Shown piece by piece: positions 1 through 9,495 of a stretch of DNA of 37,627 nt. The DNA is taken from contig PDIP01000148.1 in assembly GCA_002811645.1 (NCBI GenBank), positions 1 through 37,627 of the forward strand, read 5' to 3'. The notes below the pieces were generated by a model. It ran no database searches. It worked only from the letters and a program-made list of their open reading frames with translations, and was not told where the DNA came from. Each line of letters begins with the position of its first letter. Position 1 is the stretch's first letter. Both the position numbers and the translations under genes were made by a program. Source of the DNA: Corallochytrium limacisporum Hawaii. Lineage: Eukaryota > Protista > Pluriformea.

Positions 1-277
1 CCCTTGCAATGCGCAAAACTTCCCCCCCCCCCCGGGGGGGAGGGGTGTGTGTTCTTCTCTTCCTCCTTCCCCTCCCCCCTTCTCCCGAAACCGGCTCAAA
101 CTAATGGTATGGCTTGTGGCAATGGAGGGCTTGTGTTTTGTTTGTGTGTCTCCAGGTCGTTTGATCGCTCTCGCTTGGACCAACGTGACGGAACTACTTC
201 AAGGGGAGCATGTTCGTGGAGAAATTTCCATCAAAGTGTCCAAGATCAAGTACATGCATTCCTGTAGCATAGCCACA

Positions 278-1264
278 ATGTTGTTGGCCAGGTTCGGGGC
301 CCTATGCGGCCGCACAGCGGCGCAGATCACGGCACCGGGAAGAAGGATCACGTTTCCGCCATCCCGGGTAATCACTTCTCCAGTAACCAAACGTACAGTG
401 ATGCCGATGTCGACAGTACAACCTCGGAAGATGAATGATAAGGACGCATACACGCCACTTGTCTTACCTCGTCGGGTAAAGGTCGGACCCTACACAATTC
501 CTTTGGATACGGACAATCTGCCTTACGTGCTGGGAACCTCTGGTCTTATCCCCTTTGTCAGTTTGTCGGTTCTCTCTGCGGGTCTCCCTCTGTCTGCATC
601 AGAAATTGCACTAAATGGACTGGTAACATACTCTGCCAGCATTCTGTCCTTTATGGGAGCTGTGCATTGGGGCGTGGCCTTATCAAAGTGGGGCGGTGGC
701 ACTTTCGGATCCCTGCCGACACATCGGGTACAGTACTGCATGTCAGTCGTACCGCCTCTGATTGCCTGGGCCTCTCTTATGATGCCACATACTGCTGCCT
801 TGATGACGCAATCAATGACCTTCGGGGCGCTTTTAGCATTTGATCAGTACACGGTTAGCCAGGGAACTCTGCCGAATTGGTACATGAATCTCCGAGTGCC
901 ATTGACAGTTGTAGTCATTATGTGTCTACTAGTTAGTTACAGCACGGCACTGACCAATGCCAATGAAGGAAAGCCAAGGGCAAAACCACTGCCTCAACCC
1001 GTGAAGGCTGAGAAGAAGGTGGAGACTAAGACACCTGAAGCCAAGAAGGTGGAAACGAAGAAACAGGAGCCAAAGAAGGAGGAGGCCAAGAAGCCTGAGG
1101 CCAAGAAGCCTGAGGTCAAGAAGGAGGAAGCCAAGAAGCCTGAATCAAAGAAGGAAGAAGCCAAGAAGTCTGAGGCACCTTCCTCCACTAGCTCTAAGTA
1201 TAAGGCCCCTGAGAAGGATCTCTCCAAGGAGGCTCCGTCCGCAGCTGCGGCTCCCGCGAAATAA
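278..1264 (+). CDS. TMEM69: TMEM69 / DUF3429 family membrane protein, probably mitochondrial, with Lys/Glu/Pro/Ala-rich C-terminal tail
   Basis: Motifs LGTSGLIPF, YSASILSFMGAVHWG, SVVPPLIAW and LPNWYMNLRVPLT match DUF3429. ATG at 278 is in ACA-ATG context and is followed by an Arg-rich, acid-free presequence-like N-terminus. The ORF-track start at 47 is non-ATG. Confidence 0.88.
   Translation: MLLARFGALCGRTAAQITAPGRRITFPPSRVITSPVTKRTVMPMSTVQPRKMNDKDAYTPLVLPRRVKVGPYTIPLDTDNLPYVLGTSGLIPFVSLSVLSAGLPLSASEIALNGLVTYSASILSFMGAVHWGVALSKWGGGTFGSLPTHRVQYCMSVVPPLIAWASLMMPHTAALMTQSMTFGALLAFDQYTVSQGTLPNWYMNLRVPLTVVVIMCLLVSYSTALTNANEGKPRAKPLPQPVKAEKKVETKTPEAKKVETKKQEPKKEEAKKPEAKKPEVKKEEAKKPESKKEEAKKSEAPSSTSSKYKAPEKDLSKEAPSAAAAPAK
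1001..1175 (+). repeat. Coding imperfect 15-bp tandem repeat (K-K-P/E/V-E-A/T/V/S)
   Basis: Units such as aagaagcctgaggcc and aagaaggaggaagcc recur and encode KKPEAKKPEVKKEEAKKPES. Confidence 0.85.
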
Positions 1265-1332
1265 TGTAGTGAATCATTAGAGGAACAAAATATAATAGTA
1301 CAACTTTCAAAGCGTTCAGACGTGGCGGACCC

Positions 1333-2388
1333 TCAGGCATCCATTTTTCCAAATACCACGGAACTGCGCCATCTGTTCGAGTTTGCCCCATCGAAGGACT
1401 CCTGAGGTGCTCGCATTAGTGGTGTAACGAGTTCTTCTCCAGCGGCCTTCAGCTCCTTGTTGACTGCAAGAGACGCCAAGTATTTGTATGCGGCAAAGAT
1501 GCTCACATTTTCCGCCGCGGCAATGTCCTCAATTTCATGGAGCCAGCGGCGGTGCTCCATGACCTGGTCATCATTGAGCTTACCAGCATACTCGTCAGCC
1601 AATCGCCTCGCGAAGAAGGGTGTGTTGGAGGACATTGTCATGGCGCCGCACGTACCGGCTGCCTTGGCACCGACCATGTTGGTATCCGAGCCAATCCATA
1701 CAAAGTGATCCTTATCCATGTTGGACTTGGACAGATGCGCAAAGGTGCGGGACAAGTCCTCCATATCAATGTGAGTGTATTTGGCGCCGTAGAAGGTGCT
1801 CACTTCGGGCTTGCCGGACACAGGGAAGGCAGCCTTGATCAGATCGCTGTAGCGGAAATCATAATGAGTCATCATAGGAATGTGATAGTACATCAGAGGA
1901 ATATCAGATGCCCGCTCTGAGATGGCCTTTAAGTAATCTACGATACCCTGCAGTCCAATGGGCTTGTGATACAGCGGTGGCAGCGTTGCCAGCGCATCGG
2001 GTTGCAGGTCCCAGGCCGCTACCTGCTCAGCCAAGGCCAAACTGTCCTGTGGGGCTGATCCACCAATGTGCAAGATAATGGACAGACCGTGCTTATCACA
2101 TGCCTGTACCCACGATTTGCCCAAGCGCAACTTCTCATCAAGGGTCATGGTGGCTGTTTCGCCGGTGGTACCAACCGCAAAGACTCCGTCAACTCCTGAC
2201 GACTTCAAACACTTTGCCTGGATATCAACCACCTTTTCCAGGTTCGCCGGTAACTGGCACGTAAAAGGATCATTGTTCTTAGACTGCCAGAAGGTCACTG
2301 GTGCAGTCAGCACCTGGCCGTTTGTGACCAGTTTGCGCATTTGATCCGCAAGCGCGGTAGCAGTGCGGGCATTCTTCGCGACCGGCAT
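1333..2388 (-). CDS. N-acetylneuraminate lyase-like class I aldolase (DHDPS/NAL family)
   Basis: GTTGE pyruvate-binding motif, IILHIG, YYHIP (catalytic Tyr), GAKYT (Schiff-base Lys), GSD and PLMRAP; ACC-ATG start. Confidence 0.85.
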   Translation of the reverse strand: MPVAKNARTATALADQMRKLVTNGQVLTAPVTFWQSKNNDPFTCQLPANLEKVVDIQAKCLKSSGVDGVFAVGTTGETATMTLDEKLRLGKSWVQACDKHGLSIILHIGGSAPQDSLALAEQVAAWDLQPDALATLPPLYHKPIGLQGIVDYLKAISERASDIPLMYYHIPMMTHYDFRYSDLIKAAFPVSGKPEVSTFYGAKYTHIDMEDLSRTFAHLSKSNMDKDHFVWIGSDTNMVGAKAAGTCGAMTMSSNTPFFARRLADEYAGKLNDDQVMEHRRWLHEIEDIAAAENVSIFAAYKYLASLAVNKELKAAGEELVTPLMRAPQESFDGANSNRWRSSVVFGKMDA

Positions 2389-4021
2389 GGTTTACAATAG
2401 ATGTTCTCAAAACTCTATACCACGAAAACACGGCTCTTGTACTATACAGTTGTCTAGTATACACCTTGATCATACCACCTACCCCATAAGTACCCGCACA
2501 GTGCACATTCCGATACCATGCGACGAAACAATAACATGACCCACCACTACCACATTCCATCTATGTCCGGCGGGTGACACCCACCCAACCCCAATCAACG
2601 GGTACACGGTGCGTACACGTAAGCCTCCCCCTCCCCAAAAACACTGCGCCACAGTACGCAAGCCACTTACAAACCTGCGAAAGCAAAAAGGCTAGCAAAA
2701 AAAAAAACCATACTCCAGCCTGTTTGCTGAAACCGTTCGAATTTTTAATGAGATTCCCATAGTGCAAACCTTCCGAAGCTCCCAGGACCTCCTTCCCCCA
2801 GATCGCGTTGCGCAAGAAAATTAAAAGAAAATAACAGAGTATCCACCATTACGAATTGCTGACTTGTTTTTTACGCAGGAGTCCCCTCCGAAGTGGATAA
2901 ACCAAGAACCTTGGTACCACCAAGGGGGTATTGGGTGGGGGAGCCCTGAGGCGAAGGGGTTTTTAAAGAAAAAAAGGGGGGCAAAATAGGGTAGTTATGC
3001 GAGGAAAAAACGAGGGTTTTTGGAATGAATAACCCCGTGGCCCCCGCGCGCAAGAGCGAGTATTTTCTGTGGTGTTAGTAATGAGGCCCCCATTCAATCA
3101 CTCAATTTTGAGCCAATCTGGATCGTATTCCAACAGCGAGGGGGGGGGGGTTAACACCTCACCTCGCCTCGGATTCCCCGTTTACTCTTTTTCTCGCTGC
3201 AGCATTGGCCCATACCAGGTTATAGACATACCGAAGTGTTGTAAAAAGCCTCAAATGTGACCTATCATTATGTATATTTATATCCTGACTGTTTTATAAA
3301 TAACCAATCCCTCCCCGCAGGCGAGCCGTCCAGACGTGCTCACCTGAGAATTGTGTTGAGCTCTTGAGCAGGGATGACCCAATTTGCGCTTGCGCGCCGT
3401 AGCTCACAGCCCGCTCTCCGCGAAGGCGGTCCCCCTCCTTCGAAAAGATTGCGCCATATCCTCCCGGTCCATTTCCCCGCTGCGGTACATTCACTACCAA
3501 TTCCATCGGGGGTCTCAGCCCCAAACGGTACCGGCGGGCTCATCGAAATCCGTGCTAGCCCGGGCGGTCGTTGACAAGTCAGGGGACGTTGGGGTGAGTG
3601 TCGGAGAATGCTGTTCCGAGGGGATCTGCAAGCATTATACACTGTGTGGCACACCACATTCTGCAACGGTCCCTGATGTTGCATCTTAGTCCATGTTGTA
3701 TGGATGCCTATGAACAAGGCACTATGGGTGGTACACGTTACCGAAACATGCACATCGCGGTTCGATGGTCGGATCGCAGCACTGCCCTCTGTTGCTGAAG
3801 TAATCAACAATTGCATCATCTCCCGGAGCTCCAGCCATGGCAACATCTTTGGATCCGTCCCCGGTCTCTTTCTGTATTTGAGCGTTCTCCAATGGATGGA
3901 CCCATAGGATGGTTCAGCATGCACAGAGCTCTGCGTTGAAAGAATACGTGGGTGCAAGACCCGGTCAGAAGACAAGGCGAGAAGCGACACGGTGCCGAGC
4001 ACTGTGGTGACGCAATTGCGC

Positions 4022-4044
4022 GCTCTCTCTCTCTCTCTCTCTCG
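4022..4044. repeat. (CT)n microsatellite
   Basis: Run of ctctct... visible directly. Confidence 0.9.
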
Positions 4045-4569
4045 CCTCTCCCTATGGCTTCAGTTCCCGCTTCCTCTGGACCTTTTGGCAAGAGAAAAAA
4101 AATAATCCATCGGGTTAGAAAAAATTGTTTTCCGGTGGACAACGACATGAGAGAGTCTCTGGAAATCTCTCAGCATATTCACTATACGTTGCTGAAGAAA
4201 AGGAAAGGCAGAGTGTTCACCTCAAACAGCAGTCGCAGACCTTCACGGTGTGCCTTGCGAACCTGAACTGTGAACACGAATCGTCATATATTAGGTATAA
4301 CATTCTTATCCACCTAAGTTGCAAGGACCTGTCAGAGGTGTCCTCCACTATCATCCCCGCTCGCGTGTGTCCAGTTTGTCGGCGGACCACTCAGTTACCA
4401 GATATGGGGCACGATAACTCATCATTTCTCAGTTGTTGAGTATATAAAACGGTTATTACACTCGACGGGATGTGTAGATCGTGAGGGGAGGAGGGTGTGA
4501 AAGCACTGCGTGGCAGCGATGATGATACCTTACGGAGTGTCAGGGAGCGCGAGGAAAACAATTTTTTCT

Positions 4570-4621
4570 NNNNNNNNNNNNNNNNNNNNNNNNNNNNNNN
4601 NNNNNNNNNNNNNNNNNNNNN
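4570..4621. other. Assembly gap (N run)
   Basis: Run of N. Confidence 1.
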
Positions 4622-4986
4622 NGGGGGGGGGGGGCGGGCGATGTGTGCATTGAAGCGACGGCGTGTCGGTGCTCGTTTGTGCCTCTGTTACTGGTCGCAC
4701 GTAGTTTTCAGTTTGCAGAGCATGTCTAAAGTCTGAGTGTGGAAACACGAATAAGCTAGAGATCTGTTCAGGTATTTGTCATAGAGAAATTGAATAATGT
4801 CTGCAAGGGGCTTTCTTGATGACTCAAAAATTACCCTACACCTCCGCCTATTCCCCGACGTCGCACCCTCGGCTCTTGCAACGCAAACTTTTCTTCGACA
4901 ACAGCACTGGAAACGTAGACTGTGTTTATACACGGAACAAGCAGAAAGGTGGCTGTCTCAGACCGCGACGAGGTCCACAGGCAACC

Positions 4987-5922
4987 ATGCTTGCGACCAA
5001 GGGAAGCGCAAGGCAGCAGATCCTCAACTGCTGGGAGCTGGAAGTGGTCGTGAAGACATTCTTCGGTCTGACCATGCTCGGGCTCATGCCCGGAGCTGAC
5101 GCTGCCGTGGCCACATTGTGGGAGCACCTGCGTAGCTCTGCTTGGTATCAATGGGCCCAGTTTGAGACTATTTTGAACGCCACTCTAGTCATCCTTACGT
5201 ATCCTGCTTTCCGGTCGGACATGGGGAGACTGACGACTAAGAAGGAAGCTGTCAAAAAGTTTGCCCGCCTCTTCTGTACCACCCAGCTGCCGTTCCTGAT
5301 CCTAGATGTCTGCACTCCGAAGCCTTACGCTTACGTGCCAGTGGAAAAGTACTTGCAACGCGAAGGATTTATACACTTTTGGCGTCTGCTGCCGGAACAA
5401 GCCCCTACGGCCTTTGCTTTGTGCTGGGAGACCATGTTGAGTTTGGTCGTCTTTGACTTCATCTTCTACTTTGTGCACACCTGGTTCCATACCCGTGAGG
5501 TTTACCCTATGTTGCACAAGGAGCACCATTCCGTGACTCATGGGCTGGACATGGGGGACACATTCCGTTTACATCCCCTCGACCTCGTCCTGACCGTCCT
5601 CGCTGCGGACATGGGCGCCAAAATCTGCGGTGCGCACCCGCTGGCCCGAAATTTGATTGCCATCCTGTTCGTACCTTCTCTGGTCATTAGTCACGCCGCT
5701 GAGGACTTACGCACCCCTCTGGAGATCGTCTATCCTCGCTACATGGCTCTGGGTCGTCGGGAGCATCGTGCCCACCATCTTCTATCTCCAGCCTGCAACT
5801 ACGGGGAGTTCTGCAGTCTGCCGGATCGTATCTTTGGCACCTACCGGGACGGTAGCCAGGCTTACGTTCGGGGTCACGTCAAGGGTGCCGATAACCGGGC
5901 AGATTCCGCCGTTGCAACATAA
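4987..5922 (+). CDS. Fatty acid hydroxylase / sterol desaturase superfamily protein (cholesterol 25-hydroxylase- or ERG25-like)
   Basis: Di-iron His boxes DFIFYFVHTWFH, LHKEHH, HPLD, ISH and HRAHH, plus NYG..DRIFGT. ATG at 4987 is in ACC-ATG context; the start is inferred. Confidence 0.88.
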   Translation: MLATKGSARQQILNCWELEVVVKTFFGLTMLGLMPGADAAVATLWEHLRSSAWYQWAQFETILNATLVILTYPAFRSDMGRLTTKKEAVKKFARLFCTTQLPFLILDVCTPKPYAYVPVEKYLQREGFIHFWRLLPEQAPTAFALCWETMLSLVVFDFIFYFVHTWFHTREVYPMLHKEHHSVTHGLDMGDTFRLHPLDLVLTVLAADMGAKICGAHPLARNLIAILFVPSLVISHAAEDLRTPLEIVYPRYMALGRREHRAHHLLSPACNYGEFCSLPDRIFGTYRDGSQAYVRGHVKGADNRADSAVAT

Positions 5923-6130
5923 GTGAAGGCTCCGTGAACACAAGACTACGGGAACTTCTACCAGATGTCCGCCCATTGTTCGCCTGCCGAGAGCGGCAGC
6001 TTCTTCCCGGCAGCAAGATGTATTCATTGGCATAGCATGTTCGCAATCCATTCAATAGCTAGTTACACATATCGTAAATGTACACAAATACCAACCATCT
6101 CTAATTGAACAAATCTGTAAGCTCCAAAGT

Positions 6131-7828
6131 CTAAAGAATGCTGCACTGCTCATCAGCGCCCGTAGCACGATCTGCCGTCTGAGCAGGTAGAGCGGCTGCG
6201 TTGATATAGCCCTTAGCGACATGGGGTATACGCCACAAAGAATTGTGAACCCGCTGGAGCATAAGGTGAATCAACGCTTTTTCAGCGTTGCCACAGCCGC
6301 GCGCAAATCGCCCGAGCTCTGTGCGCACCCGCATGCCTTTGTTGAGGACGTATTCTCCATCCTGATTGTTAGCCATGCAGCACACAACGCGCTCTCTGTT
6401 GAGGAGGATAACATGGCCAAACTCATTCACTCCCATACCATAGTTCCAGATGTCGAATTCCGTACCGTAACGGAACAGTTTGATGGTAACTAGGCTCATT
6501 CGTTGTACCGGCAGAGACATGCGGCCCTCCGCAGAGCGACTACTCCAGTTGCGCACATCGTCAATGGTCAGGGGTCCAAAGCGATGGCCCTTCGCGCAGG
6601 AACTGACGTCTGTGTCCGTCATGGCTGGGTCTTTGCCGGTCTGGAAGTTGTGCACTCGCCGCACCACGGGTAGCGTGTACAGAGCCAGAATCGTTTCCAC
6701 TGTGATCTTGTTATCACCTAGGTCCGGCATGGAGTCCTCAGACATGACCGATGAGTGCGCATCTACGTAGTCTCCGAATGGCCGTTCCAATGCCCGGCCC
6801 CATACGCAGTCGTAGTGCCTCTGTGGCTGTTTGCTATAGTACTGTTCTGCTTTGCGCTTCCGAGTGCGGGGAGTGTCCGGGCACTTCGTATCCTTCGTAT
6901 CAGCGACAGTTAACTGATTCAGTGAAAGAATGGGTATATCGCCTTCAACCACATTTGCTTCTGACACGGATCCACTGCCTTCTGCAGGTTTCTCTTCTTG
7001 AGTACCATCCATGGTCTCGTCCTCGTCTTCGTCGCTGTCGATCTCCGTCTCGACACCCTCAATGACTACTACCGCTCCCAGGAACTCCAAAATCTTCCTA
7101 AGGGAGGAGGCAACCTCCTTCTCAATTTTCAATGTCTGCAAATTGACGTGTACTGCCAAACCCCGCAGCGGACGGCGAACAATCCGATAAAATGCCAACC
7201 AACTCAACGCCCGAACTTTACCACCTTTTGCCGTCAAGGTCTGGCCAGTGCACGGAAACGACGGAAGGCTACTGGTGCTCGGAATGTGAATAATTGGCGG
7301 TCTGACGGGCAGTAAGGGTGCGTTTGAGTTGCGTCCCGATCCTGGCCGAGTGGCCTGCATGCCCGGCACTGGCGGGAAGTGCGCTATCTCCCTCGCGCTG
7401 AGATGCCGGGAAATGTCCGTACACAAGGAGAAAGCATACTTGTTACAGCGACTCAGGCGCGCTAAATCTGTAGCGTCTAGTATACCAAGCTTCATTCCCC
7501 TGACCAAGACAAAGATTCGCAAACCCCGAGGCAACATACCCCATAGGGGTCCCATTTCATGTGTCCCAGACGACCCCGAGGATCTTTGCGCCGATTGCCG
7601 CCTCGACTGTCCCTGCGCTTTAGCGGGAGCCCGATTTCCTGGTCCTGCTCCAATCTTCCGACCCGACTTAGCATGCGGCAAAGAACCTGACCGTGTCAGA
7701 CTCATCGATTCGGACTTCCCATCTTTCTTGGCAGGCTGTCTAGCTTTTCTGTCATTGGGAACCGTCAACTGCTTCGGAGGCTGGACCGCTCCGTCCCCGG
7801 AACTCAGACTACGGAAGAAGTTCATCAT
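6131..7828 (-). CDS. F-box-like protein with a BRCT-like segment and an unknown C-terminal domain
   Basis: 565-aa ORF with protein-like composition. LPRGLRIFVL...LDATDLARLSRCNKYAFSLC resembles an F-box; PLRGLAVHV...SLRKILEFLGAVVV resembles the start of a BRCT domain. Confidence 0.7.
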   Translation of the reverse strand: MMNFFRSLSSGDGAVQPPKQLTVPNDRKARQPAKKDGKSESMSLTRSGSLPHAKSGRKIGAGPGNRAPAKAQGQSRRQSAQRSSGSSGTHEMGPLWGMLPRGLRIFVLVRGMKLGILDATDLARLSRCNKYAFSLCTDISRHLSAREIAHFPPVPGMQATRPGSGRNSNAPLLPVRPPIIHIPSTSSLPSFPCTGQTLTAKGGKVRALSWLAFYRIVRRPLRGLAVHVNLQTLKIEKEVASSLRKILEFLGAVVVIEGVETEIDSDEDEDETMDGTQEEKPAEGSGSVSEANVVEGDIPILSLNQLTVADTKDTKCPDTPRTRKRKAEQYYSKQPQRHYDCVWGRALERPFGDYVDAHSSVMSEDSMPDLGDNKITVETILALYTLPVVRRVHNFQTGKDPAMTDTDVSSCAKGHRFGPLTIDDVRNWSSRSAEGRMSLPVQRMSLVTIKLFRYGTEFDIWNYGMGVNEFGHVILLNRERVVCCMANNQDGEYVLNKGMRVRTELGRFARGCGNAEKALIHLMLQRVHNSLWRIPHVAKGYINAAALPAQTADRATGADEQCSIL

Positions 7829-8569
7829 CTATATTTCTTTTTCTAAATGAATCTATGTCATTGTCACAAACCATTACAGACTACTATACATTGCAGGTTC
7901 AGTATCCAAACCGAATACTCTCGTGTGATTTTCACTTCATGGTCTTTGCAACCCGTCCTGGTGACACCTTTTCCACCCACGTACCTGTAAAGATCATATC
8001 ATGGTGTCTCTGATTTAAATTTCTTGATAACGATACCTCGATGTGACTCGCACTGCACAAAAGTATTTTACCACTTCAGCGAAGCTCATCCATGGCGTGT
8101 CCAGTCCAGTCCACTGACTCACAGTGCCAGAGGCGCAAAAGCCAGAAATGCCGCGCCCGTCGCAACGAGGCGGCCCGCTCCCCCCTCTCTGCCCGGCCCC
8201 CCTTCCCTTCCGCTCCCCCTTTCCTCGGGTCCCCAGAATCGCTCCGCTCCTCGGTCGCCTATGCGTACCCTGTGCCATCGCCGTAAGATTTCCAGTAGAG
8301 ACCGCGAAATTTGAAAAAAAAAAATGAAAAAAAAAAGAGGGGAAGAAAGAGAGGAAAATGGCAGCGAGGTCAGCAAAGAGGGACCCTGCCCTGAGAGAAA
8401 GAAAGGGAGCGCAAGAAAATTAACGAGAAGTAATGGGGAAGCGGAATCGGGCGCTCCTGTGCTAAAGGAGCTTTTAAACCTGTCTGGGCCCCACGAGAAA
8501 CACACACTTGGCCCGAACGAGCCCCCCCCCCTACCACCAAGGTCCCGCCCGCCCCGCTCCGCCCGCCCC

Positions 8570-8800
8570 NNNNNNNNNNNNNNNNNNNNNNNNNNNNNNN
8601 NNNNNNNNNNNNNNNNNNNNNNNNNNNNNNNNNNNNNNNNNNNNNNNNNNNNNNNNNNNNNNNNNNNNNNNNNNNNNNNNNNNNNNNNNNNNNNNNNNNN
8701 NNNNNNNNNNNNNNNNNNNNNNNNNNNNNNNNNNNNNNNNNNNNNNNNNNNNNNNNNNNNNNNNNNNNNNNNNNNNNNNNNNNNNNNNNNNNNNNNNNNN
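8570..8800. other. Assembly gap (N run)
   Basis: Run of N. Confidence 1.
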
Positions 8801-8999
8801 CCGGGTCCCTTGTTAATGGTTCATGGCTATAGAGTGAAAACGTTTTCGCCAAAGATGCTTGTCTTCCCTCGGCTGGGTACTCGATCGGGAGCCACCAAAG
8901 CCTAAACCGGTGAATTTGGTCGCACCTGATACCATACCGAAGATATAGATTGGTGGGAGAGGGGGAGAGCGTTCGGAGCGCTTAATTCACAAATTATTT

Positions 9000-9495
9000 T
9001 GTTAGGGTTATCTGCTATATTGAGGGAGAAGGGGACAGGCACAACACCCCGACGTGATGGATGGCGAGTTTGCATCGGGGACGGCACTTCTCACCGCTGA
9101 GTGCCTTTTCAGCTAGAGGCACTCCCTGTTCAGGTGGGTCCTCTACTGCGCCTCTGACTGCTGATCTGTTTGGTTATTCTGAATATATGTAAACCTATGA
9201 ACGCCATGAACAGGAGCCGCTGTGGGCAGGCATTCGAGGGCCATGGATGAAGACCTGTGCAATCCGGCAGTAGAATTGAGTTCTGGAGTGGTAGGCGACT
9301 ACAACCGTGAGCCAATCAGACAGGCTCATCCCCTCGAGCGCCAGCCTTGCAAATCTTGTTGGATAGGGAGAGGCAGTACACAGCGATGTGAAGAGAGCTG
9401 GACACTTGTGCACCACTCCGTGCCAGCCACCCTCGGGTGGTGAAGGAGGACCCCCTACAAAGTCTTTAATAGCAACCTCGCTATGTTAGGGTTAT
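9000..9495. repeat. Pair of identical 12-bp direct repeats TGTTAGGGTTAT containing the TTAGGG telomere motif
   Basis: Exact copies at 9000-9011 and 9484-9495. Confidence 0.8.

Noticed and set aside
994-1335. Frame stays open past the aldolase TGA into the antisense strand of TMEM69 (read-through?)
   Set aside because: The aldolase domain is already complete, and the openness is explained by the repetitive Lys/Glu codons on the opposite strand.
2410-2445. ataccacgaaaacacggctcttg, faintly like the 5' part of 5S rRNA
   Set aside because: The similarity is short and gapped, and the rest of the 5S sequence and fold is absent.
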